From contig JBBQRZ010000014.1 in the NCBI GenBank assembly GCA_038214255.1, forward strand, positions 4,843 to 68,842: a DNA stretch of 64,000 nucleotides. The letters are read 5' to 3'. A program made the translations under genes and the position numbers. The DNA is from Candidatus Limnocylindrales bacterium. GTDB taxonomy: Bacteria; Chloroflexota; Limnocylindria; Limnocylindrales; CSP1-4. Shown here piece by piece: positions 37,697 to 50,287 of this stretch. The notes below the pieces were generated by a model that was not told where the DNA came from, made no database searches, and saw only the letters and a list, made by a program, of their open reading frames with translations. Position 1 is the first letter of the stretch. The number at the start of each line of letters is the position of its first letter.

Positions 37697-39559
37697 ATGA
37701 CGACGAAGACCGACACACCGACACCGTCAGGCCCCGGCCGTGCCCGGCGGAGCCACGTGCCGGGCGACGGCACCGCCCATGCGGCCGCCGTGGAGCGAGC
37801 CCAGAAGGGGATGCTCCACGAGGCCCGCGACCTCAAGCGGACGCGGATCGGCGCGGACGTCGTGTGCGAGGCGTTGCTGCTCCAAGGCGTCGACGTGTTC
37901 TTCAGCTACCCCGGCGGGGTGATCCTGCCCCTCTACGACGTCCTGGGCGACTATCCGGAGCTGCGCCACATCCTGGTTCGGCACGAGCAGGGCGGCGCCC
38001 ACGCGGCCGACGGCTACGCGCGGGTGACGGGCCGGGTCGGGGTCTGCATGGGCACGTCGGGCCCGGGCGCCACGAACCTCGTGACGGGGATCGGGACGGC
38101 GCTGCTCGACTCCGTGCCGATGGTGGCAATCACCGGGAACGTGCCGTCGGTCCTCATTGGAAAGGACGCGTTCCAGGAGATCGACATCAACGGAATCACT
38201 CTGCCGATGACGAAACACAACTACCTCGTCCGCGACGCCGACGAGCTGCCACGCGTCATCGCCGAGGCGTTCCACATCGCCCGGAGCGGGCGCCCCGGGC
38301 CCGTCCACATCGACATCACGAAGGACGCCCTCCAGCAGGAGACGCGCGCCGAGCATCCGTCCGAGGCCGACGTCATCGCCGGCCTGCCGGGCTTCCGCCC
38401 CAACCTCGATGGCCACGGCCGGCAGCTCAAGACCGCGGCGACCGAGATCGCCAACGCGAAGCGCCCGGTCATCCTCGCGGGCCACGGCATCCTCCATGCC
38501 GAAGCCTGGGACGACCTGCGCGCCTTCGCCGAGAAGACGAGCATTCCCGTGGCCTGGACGCTGCTGGGGATCGGCGCAATGAACGAGACCCACCCGCTCG
38601 CCTACGGGTACATGGGGATGCACGGCTGGAAGCATGTGAACCGGGCGATCCAGAGCGCTGACCTGCTGATCGCGATCGGGATGCGCTTCGACGACCGGGT
38701 GACCGGCAACGTCCGGACCTACGCGCCCTACGCCCGGATCATCCATGTCGACATCGACCCGGCCGAGATCGGCAAGAACGTCGCCGTCGAGGTGCCGATC
38801 GTCGGGGACGCGAAGCGCGTCCTCCAGGCCCTGACGCCGATGGTGCCCGAGACTCCCGTGGAGGCCCGCCGCGAATACCTCGACCAGCTGGCCGAATGGA
38901 AGCGGGACTCGGAGGCGTCGTCGTGGCACGGCTCGGGGGCCTGGCGGGACGGCCTGCTGTCGGCCGACTACGTCGTCGAGCGGATCGGGGAGCTCACGGA
39001 GCACAAGGCGACGTACGTCGCCGACGTCGGGCAGAACCAGATGTGGCTCGCGCGATACACGGGCTTCCGCGAGCCCAATTCGCACGTTTCGTCCGGCGGC
39101 CTCGGGACGATGGGCTTCAGCGTCCCGGCGGCGATGGGTGCAGCCCTCGGCCGGCCCGATCGCGAGACGTGGGCGATCACCGGCGATGGCGGCTTCCAGA
39201 TGACGTTCCAGGAGCTGATGACCCTGGTCGCCGACCACATCCCGGTGAAGATCGCGCTCTTCGACAACAAGAAGCTCGGCATGATCCGCCAGTGGCAGGA
39301 GATCATCTACGCCGGCAACTACCACTCCGCGAACCTGCCAGGGCCCGACTTCGCGAAGCTGGCCGACGCGTTCGGCATCCCGGCGTTCCGGGCCCGGACC
39401 CCGGGCGAGGTGGATGGAGCGATCCAAGCGGCCCAGGCCGGCGCCGGCCCGGGGCGCAACAGGTTGGAGATCGCCGAGGAGCAGAACGTCTTCCCGATGA
39501 TGCCGGCCGGCAAAGGGCTGTCCGACCTGATCGAGAAATGGGGCGGGGCGGACGAGTGA
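37697..39559 (+). CDS. ilvB: Acetolactate synthase large subunit
   Basis: [46 protein letters not shown]. Confidence 0.95.
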   Translation: MTTKTDTPTPSGPGRARRSHVPGDGTAHAAAVERAQKGMLHEARDLKRTRIGADVVCEALLLQGVDVFFSYPGGVILPLYDVLGDYPELRHILVRHEQGGAHAADGYARVTGRVGVCMGTSGPGATNLVTGIGTALLDSVPMVAITGNVPSVLIGKDAFQEIDINGITLPMTKHNYLVRDADELPRVIAEAFHIARSGRPGPVHIDITKDALQQETRAEHPSEADVIAGLPGFRPNLDGHGRQLKTAATEIANAKRPVILAGHGILHAEAWDDLRAFAEKTSIPVAWTLLGIGAMNETHPLAYGYMGMHGWKHVNRAIQSADLLIAIGMRFDDRVTGNVRTYAPYARIIHVDIDPAEIGKNVAVEVPIVGDAKRVLQALTPMVPETPVEARREYLDQLAEWKRDSEASSWHGSGAWRDGLLSADYVVERIGELTEHKATYVADVGQNQMWLARYTGFREPNSHVSSGGLGTMGFSVPAAMGAALGRPDRETWAITGDGGFQMTFQELMTLVADHIPVKIALFDNKKLGMIRQWQEIIYAGNYHSANLPGPDFAKLADAFGIPAFRARTPGEVDGAIQAAQAGAGPGRNRLEIAEEQNVFPMMPAGKGLSDLIEKWGGADE

Positions 39560-40149
39560 GCGCCGACCCGAACCAGAACGGGCAGCTCCCGGCGCCCGCC
39601 CATGCGGCACCCCCGGCGCGCGCCCTGCCGGGCGGCGGCGAGACGCGCCGGCACGTGCTGGTGGCGGTCGTCCTCGACAAGCCGGGCGTGCTCAACCGGG
39701 TCGCGAGCCTGATGCGGGCGCGCAACTTCAACATCGACTCGCTCGCGGTCAGCCACACCGATCGCGCGGACGTCAGCCGGATGACGATCACCCTGCACGG
39801 CGACGACGTCGCGGTCGAGCAGGCGGCCAAGCAGCTGTATCGGCTGATCGACGTGCTCAAGGTCCAGGACGTCACGTCCGAGCCGACCGTCGAGCACGAG
39901 CTCGCGCTCGTCAAGGTCCGCGCCACGGAGTCGAACCGGGCCGAGATCCTGCGCCTGGTCGAGCTGTCGCGTGGCCGGGTCGTCGACCTATGCGACGGCT
40001 CGGTCGTGGTCGAGGTGACCGGCACCGAGTCCGAGATCGACGCGTTCGTCGCGCTGATCCGGACCTACGGCATCAAGGAGTTGGTCCGCACCGGTGCCGT
40101 AGTCATGTCGAGGGGTTCCGGTTCCATCGAGGAGGCGATCAAGCGATGA
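39556..40149 (+). CDS. ilvN: Acetolactate synthase small (regulatory) subunit
   Basis: [12 protein letters not shown]...[25 protein letters not shown] overlap with ilvB. Confidence 0.93.
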   Translation: MSADPNQNGQLPAPAHAAPPARALPGGGETRRHVLVAVVLDKPGVLNRVASLMRARNFNIDSLAVSHTDRADVSRMTITLHGDDVAVEQAAKQLYRLIDVLKVQDVTSEPTVEHELALVKVRATESNRAEILRLVELSRGRVVDLCDGSVVVEVTGTESEIDAFVALIRTYGIKELVRTGAVVMSRGSGSIEEAIKR

Positions 40150-41204
40150 CGGCAAAGATGTATTACGACAATGACGCCGACCCGGCGGCGCTGGCGGGGC
40201 AGACGGTCGCGATCATCGGCTATGGGAGCCAGGGCCACGCCCACGCCCTGAATCTGCACGAGAGCGGCGTCGATGTCGTAGTCGGGCTGGCGCCGGCCTC
40301 CAGGAGCCGGGCCCTCGCCGCCGACGCCGGGCTCAAGGTCATGGACGTCGCGGACGCGGTCAAGGCGGCCGACGTCGTCATGATCCTCGTTCCCGACACG
40401 GGCCAGAAGGCTGTCTACGACGCGGAGATCGGCCCGCATCTCCATGCCGGACACCTGCTGATGTTCGCCCATGGGTTCAACCTGCGATTCGGCCGGATCG
40501 ACCCGCCGGGCATCGTCGACGTGGGCATGGTCGCTCCCAAGGGCCCGGGTCACCTGCTCCGCTCGGTGTACCAGGCGGGCGGCGGTGTGCCGGCGCTCTT
40601 CGCCGTCGAACGCGACCCGTCGGGCACCGCCCGAGACCGCGTGCTCGCGTATGCCCGCGCGATCGGCTCGACCCGGGCCGGCGTCCTCGAGACGACCTTC
40701 GCCGAGGAGACGGAGACCGACCTCTTCGGGGAGCAGGCCGTGCTGTGCGGCGGGACGGCGGCCCTCGTGAAGATGGCGTTCGAGACGCTCGTCGAGGCGG
40801 GTTACCAGCCCGAGCTCGCCTACTTCGAGACGATGCACGAGCTCAAGCTCATCGTCGACCTGATGTATCGCGGCGGCCTCAACTTCATGCGCTTCAGCGT
40901 CAGCGATACGGCCGAGTACGGCGACTACATCAGCGGCCCGCGAATCATCGATCAACGCGTCCGCGAGACGATGCAGGCCGTGCTCAAGGACATCCAGGAC
41001 GGCTCCTTCGCCGATCGCTGGATCAAGGAGAACGAGTCCGGCCGCCACGAGTTCGAGCGCCTGCGGGCCGCCGATCACGACCACCTCATCGAGCGCGTGG
41101 GCGCCCGCCTCCGCGCCCAGATGCCGTTCCTCGATCCCGTCGAGATCCAGGCCGGCCAGGCCCAGGCCCAGGCCGCAGCCACGACGCCCGGAGCGGCCCG
41201 GTGA
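40146..41204 (+). CDS. ilvC: Ketol-acid reductoisomerase
   Basis: [42 protein letters not shown]. Confidence 0.96.
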   Translation: MTAKMYYDNDADPAALAGQTVAIIGYGSQGHAHALNLHESGVDVVVGLAPASRSRALAADAGLKVMDVADAVKAADVVMILVPDTGQKAVYDAEIGPHLHAGHLLMFAHGFNLRFGRIDPPGIVDVGMVAPKGPGHLLRSVYQAGGGVPALFAVERDPSGTARDRVLAYARAIGSTRAGVLETTFAEETETDLFGEQAVLCGGTAALVKMAFETLVEAGYQPELAYFETMHELKLIVDLMYRGGLNFMRFSVSDTAEYGDYISGPRIIDQRVRETMQAVLKDIQDGSFADRWIKENESGRHEFERLRAADHDHLIERVGARLRAQMPFLDPVEIQAGQAQAQAAATTPGAAR

Positions 41205-42841
41205 GCGGCGCGGTACCGACGCCCGCCGCGCCGATGGTGCCGGCGGGCAGTGTCCGGATCTTCGACACGACCCTGCGCGACGGCGAGCAGGCGCCCGGCG
41301 CCGGCCTGACCGTCGCGGAGAAGCTCGAGGTCGCGCGCCAGCTCGCGCGCCTCAAGGTCGATGTCATCGAGGCCGGCTTTCCGGCCGCCTCCCCCGGGGA
41401 CTTCGAGGCCGTCCGGCGGATCGCCCAGGAGACCCCGGCCGACATCGCTGTCGCGGCGCTTGCGCGCTGCAAGGACGGCGATCCGCAACGCGCGATCGAG
41501 GCGATCAAGGTCGCCCACCGGCCGCACCTCCACGTGTTCATCGCCACGAGCGACATCCACCTCAAGCACAAGTTACGGATCGACCGCGAGACCGCCCTGG
41601 CCGAGGCGGTTCGCTGGGTCCGCCACGGGCGCAAGGAACTCGGGCGCGACGCCGAGATCGAGTTCAGCGCCGAGGATGCCTCCCGCACCGAACCCGAGTA
41701 CCTGCTGAAGATCTACGAGGCCGTCGTCGACGCGGGAGCCTCGACCGTCAACATCCCCGATACCGTCGGCTACGCGATCCCCGCCGAATTCGGCGTACTC
41801 GTCGCGCGCGTGGTCGATCTCGTCGGGGATCGCGCCACGGTCAGCGTCCACTGCCACAACGACCTGGGGCTCGCCACGGCCAACACCCTCGCGGCGGTCC
41901 AGGCCGGTGCCCGCCAGGTGGAGGTGACGATCAACGGCCTCGGAGAGCGCGCCGGCAACGCCTCGCTCGAGGAGGTCGTCATGGCGCTGCGGACCCGGCC
42001 GACGCAGTTCCCCGACCTCGCCAGCGGGATCCAGACCGAACAGATCACCGCCGCGTCCCGCCTCGTCAGCTACCTCACCGGGTTCGCGATCCAGCCAAAC
42101 AAGGCGGTCGTGGGCGGCAACGCCTTCGCCCACGAGTCGGGTATCCATCAGGACGGCGTCATCAAGAACCCGCTGACGTACGAGATCATGACGCCGCAGT
42201 CGGTCGGGCTGAGCGGCAGCCAATTGACGATCGGCAAGCTGTCCGGGCGGCGCGGGCTGCAGGGCAAGATGCGCGAGCTCGGCTATGAGCTCGAGGGCGA
42301 GGCGCTCGACACGATCTACCGCCAGGCGATCGAGCTCGCGGATGCCAAGAAGGAGGTCACCGATGCTGATCTCCTGGCCCTCGTCGAACAGCGCGCCGCG
42401 GAGGTGCCCGCGAGCGTGGCCCTGATCGGCTGGAGCGTCACCTCGTCCCACGGCGGGAACGCGACCGGCAGCGTGACCCTCACCGTGGACGGCCGCGAGC
42501 GGACGGCAGAGTCGACCGGGAACGGCCCGGTCAACGCGCTGTTCGGGGCGGTCGACGATGCGCTGCAACCGGTCCTCGGCTGGCATCCGACCCTGGCCGA
42601 GTACGAGATCAAGGCGGTCTCGGCCGGTGAGGACGCCCAGGGCCAGGTCCTGGTCCGCTGCCGGCGCTCCTCGGACGAGGGCCCGGGCGCGCTTGTCGTG
42701 TCCGGTCACGGCTTATCGACGAACATCATCGAGGCGTCCCTCGACGCGTATCTCGTCGCCGTGAACAAGCTCCACGGCGCCGAGATCAATGGGGTCGCCG
42801 TGGCCTTCGTGGCGCCCCGCCAGCAGGAGGGGATGGCATGA
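41201..42841 (+). CDS. leuA: 2-isopropylmalate synthase
   Basis: [32 protein letters not shown], plus C-terminal regulatory domain (GNGPVNA). Confidence 0.94.
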   Translation: MSGAVPTPAAPMVPAGSVRIFDTTLRDGEQAPGAGLTVAEKLEVARQLARLKVDVIEAGFPAASPGDFEAVRRIAQETPADIAVAALARCKDGDPQRAIEAIKVAHRPHLHVFIATSDIHLKHKLRIDRETALAEAVRWVRHGRKELGRDAEIEFSAEDASRTEPEYLLKIYEAVVDAGASTVNIPDTVGYAIPAEFGVLVARVVDLVGDRATVSVHCHNDLGLATANTLAAVQAGARQVEVTINGLGERAGNASLEEVVMALRTRPTQFPDLASGIQTEQITAASRLVSYLTGFAIQPNKAVVGGNAFAHESGIHQDGVIKNPLTYEIMTPQSVGLSGSQLTIGKLSGRRGLQGKMRELGYELEGEALDTIYRQAIELADAKKEVTDADLLALVEQRAAEVPASVALIGWSVTSSHGGNATGSVTLTVDGRERTAESTGNGPVNALFGAVDDALQPVLGWHPTLAEYEIKAVSAGEDAQGQVLVRCRRSSDEGPGALVVSGHGLSTNIIEASLDAYLVAVNKLHGAEINGVAVAFVAPRQQEGMA

Positions 42842-43970
42842 CCGGTGGCGGCCTTCGCTACCGGATCGTCGCGATCCCCGGTGACGGGGTCGGCCCCGAG
42901 GTCGTCACGGCCGCGCGCGACGTGCTGAACGCGGCTGGCCGCCGGTTCCAGTTCACGATCGACTGGCAGATGGTCCGTGCCGGCGGCGTGGCGATCGACG
43001 AGTCGGGGGTCGCGATCCGCGACGAGGACGTGGCGCTGTGTTCCCAGGCCGACGCGGTCCTGCTCGGCGCGGTCGGCGGTCCCAGGTGGGACGACCCGAC
43101 GGCACCGGTCCGCCCGGAACAGGCCCTGTTCGCCTTGCGCGGCGGCCTCGGACTGTTCGCCAACCTGCGCCCGGTCACGATCCATCCCGAGATCGCCGCG
43201 ACCGCCGCCCCGCTCAAGCCCGAACTCCTCGTTGGCGTCGACCTGCTGATCGTCCGCGAACTGACCGGCGGCCTCTACTTCGGCGCCCGGAGCGAGGCGA
43301 GCGGCGAGCGCGGCGAGCGGACGGCGAGCGACACCCTGCCGTACAGCGAGCGGGAGATCCGGCGAGTGGTGCGACTGGCCTTCGAGCTCGCCCGGACGCG
43401 GCGCGGCCGGCTGACGAGCGTGGACAAGGCGAACGTCCTCGCCACGTCGCGACTGTGGCGGACCGTGGTCGAGGATCTGCGGTCCGAATTCCCCGACGTC
43501 GAGGTCAGCCATCAGCTCGTCGACTCGTGCGCGATGCTCCTCGTCAAGCAGCCCGCCCGTTTCGACGTCCTCGTCACGGAGAACCTGTTCGGGGACATCC
43601 TGTCGGATGAGGCAAGCATGCTCGCGGGTTCGCTCGGCCTCCTGCCGTCGGCATCACTCGGGGACCGGCGGACCGCGTACGGGACCTTCGGGATGTACGA
43701 GCCCATCCACGGATCCGCCCCCGATATCGCCGGTCGCGACGAGGCGAACCCGATCGGCTCGATCCTCTCGGCGGCGATGCTGTGCCGCTGGTCGCTGGGT
43801 CGCGACGACGTCGCGACCGCGATCGAGGCGGCCGTGACGAGCGCGCTCGACGCCGGCTGGCGGACGCGCGACCTGGCCGACCCTGACGATCCCGCCGACG
43901 GCCTCGTCGTGGTCGGGACGACCGGCTTCACGAGCGCGGTCGTCGAGGCCCTGTTCACGTCGGTGGCCGC

Positions 43971-43974
<4 letters not shown>
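42838..43974 (+). CDS. leuB: 3-isopropylmalate dehydrogenase
   Basis: GDGVGPEV, ANLRP, RELTGGLYFG, VDKANV, NLFGDILSD, EPIHGSAPDIAG. Confidence 0.96.
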
Positions 43975-45743
<1,769 letters not shown>

Positions 45744-45748
45744 CCCGG

Positions 45749-46318
45749 ATGCCGAACCCCACGACCGCCGATCCCACCAGCGCGCCGACCCTGCAGCTGG
45801 AGCGCTGGACGGTGACGTCCGGGTCCAATGCGCGCAGTCGCGGCGCGGTCATCATCGATGCCGGCGATCATCACTGGCGCGCCTCCGCGGAGGGCAACGG
45901 CGCGATCGACGCGCTCTATCGGGCGGTGGACCAGGCGCTCGCCGAGGTCCTCGACGGTCATCCCCGCCTGCTCGCCTACGACATCCACGCGCTCGGTGAG
46001 GGGACGGACACCATCGGCGCTGTGACGGTGCGCATCGCCCCGCCCGACGTCGGCGGGAAGCGCGGATCCGGCGAGTACACCGGCGAGGCCCGCGGCACGA
46101 ACATCATCGCCGCCTCGATCGAGGCCTACATCGTGGCGCTCAACGAGATGCTCGGCGAGGCCCACTGGACGGGCGCGCCCGAGGCGGCCGCGGTCACCGG
46201 CAAACGGGCCCGCGCCAAGGCGCCGGTCTCGGCGGGGGACGCGCGCGAACGGCGAGCGAAGCTCGACGACGAGGCGGCCGAGATCGACACGACGGACTGG
46301 TTCAACCGCCAGGGGTGA
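45749..46318 (+). CDS. Stand-alone LeuA-type allosteric (regulatory) domain protein
   Basis: GNGAIDALYRAVD...YDIHAL...TNIIAASIEAYIVALN aligns by eye with the C-terminal domain of the neighbouring LeuA; no catalytic domain. Confidence 0.8.
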   Translation: MPNPTTADPTSAPTLQLERWTVTSGSNARSRGAVIIDAGDHHWRASAEGNGAIDALYRAVDQALAEVLDGHPRLLAYDIHALGEGTDTIGAVTVRIAPPDVGGKRGSGEYTGEARGTNIIAASIEAYIVALNEMLGEAHWTGAPEAAAVTGKRARAKAPVSAGDARERRAKLDDEAAEIDTTDWFNRQG

Positions 46319-46387
46319 ACGGGGTCCGCCCGGGCCACCCCGTCATCGGAGTCAGGGCCCGCCGCGGCCACTACACTCCGCCCCACC

Positions 46388-47236
46388 ATGGCCGTCACGA
46401 CCTCGACCTCGATCGCGTACGCCGGTGAGCCCGGGGCATTCGCCGAGGACGCCGTCCTGGCCGCGTTCGGCGATGTCGACCGCACCTCGCTCGGGGCGTT
46501 CCGGGCGGTCTTCGAGGCGGTCACCTCGGGCGCCGCGGCCGCCGGCGTCGTTCCGATCGAGAACGTCATCCACGGCACGGTCCGCGAGAACTACGACCTG
46601 CTGCTCGAGCACGACCTCGCGATCGCCGGCGAAGTCGTCGTCCCGGTCCGTTTGTGCCTCGCCGCGCTGCCCGGGCAGCGGATCGACGATATCGAGCGGG
46701 TCTACTCGCACATCCAGGCACTCGGGCAGGCGGAGGCATTCCTGCGCTCGCGACCGTGGCAGCTGCTCTCGACCTACAACACGGCCGGCGCCGGCAAGGC
46801 GGTCGCCGAGCGTGCTGAGCGCGGCGCAGCCGCCGTGCTTTCGCCGCGAGCGGCCGGCCTGTTCGGGCTCGAGATCCTGGCCGATGAGATCGGCGACCTG
46901 CCCGACAACCGCACCCGCTTCCTCGTCCTGACCCACCCCGGCGCCGCGGTGCCCGTCCTCCGGATCGCCGGCGGGTCCCCGCGGACGACACTCGTCGTCG
47001 CCGTCCGCAACGAGCCGGGTACGCTGCTGGCGGTCCTGCGCGTCATCGCCGGGCACGGGTTGAACATGCGCAAGCTCGAATCCCGCCCGAGTCGCGAGCG
47101 AGCCTGGGAATACGTGTTCTGGATCGACCTCGACGGCGATGCCGCCGAGCCGACGATGACCGCCGCACTCGACGAGGTCCGCACGGTCACGACGATGACT
47201 CGCGTTCTCGGGACATATCCGAGCCAGGACCGCTGA
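46388..47236 (+). CDS. pheA: Prephenate dehydratase
   Basis: GEPGAFAE, VPIENVIHG, SHIQALGQ, NRTRF, and ACT domain LESRP...EYVFWID. Confidence 0.92.
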   Translation: MAVTTSTSIAYAGEPGAFAEDAVLAAFGDVDRTSLGAFRAVFEAVTSGAAAAGVVPIENVIHGTVRENYDLLLEHDLAIAGEVVVPVRLCLAALPGQRIDDIERVYSHIQALGQAEAFLRSRPWQLLSTYNTAGAGKAVAERAERGAAAVLSPRAAGLFGLEILADEIGDLPDNRTRFLVLTHPGAAVPVLRIAGGSPRTTLVVAVRNEPGTLLAVLRVIAGHGLNMRKLESRPSRERAWEYVFWIDLDGDAAEPTMTAALDEVRTVTTMTRVLGTYPSQDR

Positions 47237-47252
47237 ACTGGAGGATGGCGTG

Positions 47253-48902
47253 ATGGACCAGGCGTTCAAGGACGCGATCACCAAGGGCTATGCCCTGACC
47301 GAGCCCGGCCTCGTCCTCGGCAGTGCGATGCACGAGGGCGAGCTGTTCAACGACACTCGCGTCCAGATGGCGCTCTCGATGGCCACCCGTCACGGCCTGG
47401 TGGCCGGGGCGACCGGCACCGGCAAGACCCGGACGCTGCAGCTCATGGCCGGGCAGCTGGCAATGTTCGGCGTCCCGGTCTTCATGGCCGACATCAAGGG
47501 CGATCTGACCGGCCTCGCCGTGCCCGGGGACGCATCGAACCCCAAGATCCAGCAGCGCCTGACGGATCTGGCCTGGCCGTATGTCCCGGCGGGCCACCAA
47601 GTGGAGTTCCTGTCGCTCTCGGGCAAGCTCGGCGCCCAGGTCCGGGCCTCGGTCCATTCCTTCGGGCCGCACCTGCTCGGGAAGGTCCTCGATCTCAACG
47701 AGACGCAGACCTCGATCCTCAGCGTCGTGTTCAAGTACTGCGACGACAACCAGCTGCCGCTGCTCAACCTGGCGGACCTGCGCACCACCCTCAACTACCT
47801 CGGGTCTGACGCCGGGAAGGCCGCCCTCGCCGACTACGGGGGCATCGCACCATCGTCGATCGGGGTCATCGGCCGCTCACTCGTGACGCTCGAGCAGCAG
47901 GGCGCGGACATCTTCTTCGGCGAACCCGAGTTCGACGTCATGGACCTGCTCCGCGTCGGCCCTGACGGGCACGGGATCATCTCGCTCCTCGAGTTGCCCG
48001 ACGTCATGGACAAGCCCGCGCTGTTCAGCACGTTCATGCTCTGGATGCTCGCGCAGCTCTATCACGCGTTGCCGGAGGTCGGCGACCTCCCCCAGCCGAA
48101 GCTCGCCTTCTTCTTCGACGAGGCCCATCTGCTGTTCGATAACGCCACGGATGCCCTGCTCGCGCAGGTCGAGCAGACCGCTCGGCTGATCCGCTCCAAG
48201 GGCGTCGGCGTGTACTTCGCGACCCAGAACCCGTCGGACATCCCGTCGTCGGTGCTGGCCCAGCTTGGCAATCGCTTCGAGCACGCGCTGCGCGCCTTCA
48301 CCCCACAGGACGCCGACGCGCTCAAGAAGACGGTCCGCACGTTCCCTATCACGACCTTCTATGACGTCGAGCAGATGATCCAGCAGCTCGGCATCGGCGA
48401 GGCCATGGTCACCGTCCTCTCGCCCAAGGGCGTGCCGACCCCACTCGCCGCGACGCGGCTGATCCCGCCCGACTCGTCGATGAGCGCCCTGGATCCGGCA
48501 ACCTTCCAGCAGCACGTGGCGGCCGGGACGCTCCAGGCGAAGTACTCGGCGACTATCGATCCGGTCAGCGCCCACGAGATCATCACCGCGCGAATCCAGC
48601 AGGCCCAGGCCGCGGCGGCCGCGGCCGCGAATCAGGCGGTACCCGCCGCCGCCCCGCCGGCCGGCTACCCGGGGCAGGTGCGCCAGCCGACCCCCACGCA
48701 GATCGCGCGGGAGGCCGCTCGGGCCCAGCGCCAGGTGGACATGCTCGAGCGGCAGCGACAGCGCGAGGCGGCGGCCGCCCGCAAGGCACAGCAGCGGACG
48801 ATCAACACGGCGCTTCGGACGGGCGGCCGGATCGTCACGTCGCGGATGGGCCAGGACATCATCCGCGGCGTATTCGGGACGCTATTCGGCAGGAAGCGCT
48901 GA
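47253..48902 (+). CDS. HerA-like P-loop ATPase, DUF853/YjgR family
   Basis: RHGLVAGATGTGKT, DIKGDLTG, FFDEAHLLF, RLIRSKGVG, LGNRFEHALRAFTP. Confidence 0.9.
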   Translation: MDQAFKDAITKGYALTEPGLVLGSAMHEGELFNDTRVQMALSMATRHGLVAGATGTGKTRTLQLMAGQLAMFGVPVFMADIKGDLTGLAVPGDASNPKIQQRLTDLAWPYVPAGHQVEFLSLSGKLGAQVRASVHSFGPHLLGKVLDLNETQTSILSVVFKYCDDNQLPLLNLADLRTTLNYLGSDAGKAALADYGGIAPSSIGVIGRSLVTLEQQGADIFFGEPEFDVMDLLRVGPDGHGIISLLELPDVMDKPALFSTFMLWMLAQLYHALPEVGDLPQPKLAFFFDEAHLLFDNATDALLAQVEQTARLIRSKGVGVYFATQNPSDIPSSVLAQLGNRFEHALRAFTPQDADALKKTVRTFPITTFYDVEQMIQQLGIGEAMVTVLSPKGVPTPLAATRLIPPDSSMSALDPATFQQHVAAGTLQAKYSATIDPVSAHEIITARIQQAQAAAAAAANQAVPAAAPPAGYPGQVRQPTPTQIAREAARAQRQVDMLERQRQREAAAARKAQQRTINTALRTGGRIVTSRMGQDIIRGVFGTLFGRKR

Positions 48903-48903
48903 G

Positions 48904-49716
48904 CTACTCGATGACGAGGTCGGGCGGCACGTCCCGGGCGACCGGCGGGTAGGCGGGCTTGAGGTCGGCGATCACCTCGGCGAGGATCGTCGAGACAGCG
49001 AGGTCGCGGAACCAGTTGTGGTTCGCCGGGATCAGGTACCACGGCGCCCATGACGTCGACGTCTTCGACAGGGCCTCGTCGAAGGCGGCCTGGTAGTCGT
49101 CCCACAGCTTGCGCTCGGCGAGGTCGCCCATCGAGAACTTCCAGCGCTTCCGGGGATCGTCGTAGCGCGCCTGCAATCGCCGGCGCTGCTCGTCGCGGTC
49201 GATCGTCAGGAAGAACTTCACGATCGTGGTCCCGTTGGCGGTCAGCATCTCCTCGAACTCGTTGATCTGGTCGTAGCGCCGGCTCCAGACCTTGCGCGGC
49301 ACGAGGTCGTGGACGCGGACGATCAGGACCTCCTCGTAGTGCGATCGGTTGAAGATGCCGATCTCCCCCTTGCGCGGCATCGCCTTGTGGACGCGCCACA
49401 GGTAGTCGTGCGCCAGTTCCTCGCTGCTCGGCACCTTGAAGCTCGTCACCGGGCAGCCCTGCGGGTTGAAGGCCTCCATGACCTTGTTGATCGTGCCGTC
49501 CTTGCCGGCTGCATCGATCCCCTGGAGGATGACGAGCACGGCGTGCTTCGACTCCGCCCACACGCGGGCCTGGAGTTCCGTCAGGCGATCGAGCCGCTTG
49601 GCGATCGCGGGTTCGGCGGACGGCTTGTCCCAGCCAAAGGTCGCGGAGGGGTCGCGGCGCTCGACGCGGACCCGGCTGCCGGGCTTGACGCGGAGGGCAT
49701 TGTGCAGGTCGATCAC
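48904..49716 (-). CDS. ppk2: Polyphosphate kinase 2 (single-domain)
   Basis: QGIDAAGKDG, HDYLWR, FNRSHYE, WKFSMGD, PWYLIPAN. GTG start at 49716. Confidence 0.92.
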   Translation of the reverse strand: MIDLHNALRVKPGSRVRVERRDPSATFGWDKPSAEPAIAKRLDRLTELQARVWAESKHAVLVILQGIDAAGKDGTINKVMEAFNPQGCPVTSFKVPSSEELAHDYLWRVHKAMPRKGEIGIFNRSHYEEVLIVRVHDLVPRKVWSRRYDQINEFEEMLTANGTTIVKFFLTIDRDEQRRRLQARYDDPRKRWKFSMGDLAERKLWDDYQAAFDEALSKTSTSWAPWYLIPANHNWFRDLAVSTILAEVIADLKPAYPPVARDVPPDLVIE

Positions 49717-49758
49717 GGGCGTATCGTCGCACGGTTCGTCAGCAAGGAGGCTCCCACG

Positions 49759-50233
49759 ATGCCATCGAGGTCGAAGCGTGCTCGGTACCGCCATCCCGTC
49801 AACGTGGCGCTCGACAGCGACGCTCCGCGCGGGGCCCGGATCGCGGACCGGGTCACGAGTTTCCTCGGTAGCTGGCGGTTCATCGTCCTCCAGACGGTCG
49901 TCGTCCTGATCTGGATCGTCGGCAACGTGATCCTCCTGTTCCACTACGACCCGTATCCGTTCATCCTCCTCAACCTCGCCTTCTCCACACAGGCGGCGTA
50001 CGCGGCGCCGCTCATCCCTGCTCGCGTCGAACCGAACCGCGATCCGCGACCGACTGACGCTGGAGCACGCGGCTGAGGAGGGCGACGTGAGCGAGGACCA
50101 GAACCAGCGACTGCTGGCCGGAAACCAGCAGATCCTGAGGCGGGTCGTGCACCTCGAGGAGTCGATCCTGGCCCTCGAGCTCCAGATCAAGGCCGTGATC
50201 GACCGACTCGAGGAGCGCGGAACCGCCCCGTGA
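49759..50233 (+). CDS. DUF1003 family membrane protein; 1-nt frameshift at ~50017 in this sequence
   Basis: [10 protein letters not shown]; GSWRFI...DPYPFILLNL..STQAAYAAPLI. Removing one C from CCC 50016-50018 gives LLASNR..RDR and a coiled-coil tail to TGA 50233. Confidence 0.82.
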
Positions 50234-50287
50234 GAGCCCTGGAGGTACCATCGTGACCCGTGCCCAACCATCCCCAGGAGATCCGCG

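Noticed and set aside
47253-48902. HerA-like ATPase as an anti-phage defence component
   Set aside because: It matches the widespread DUF853/YjgR type and has no adjacent nuclease, SIR2 or other effector gene.
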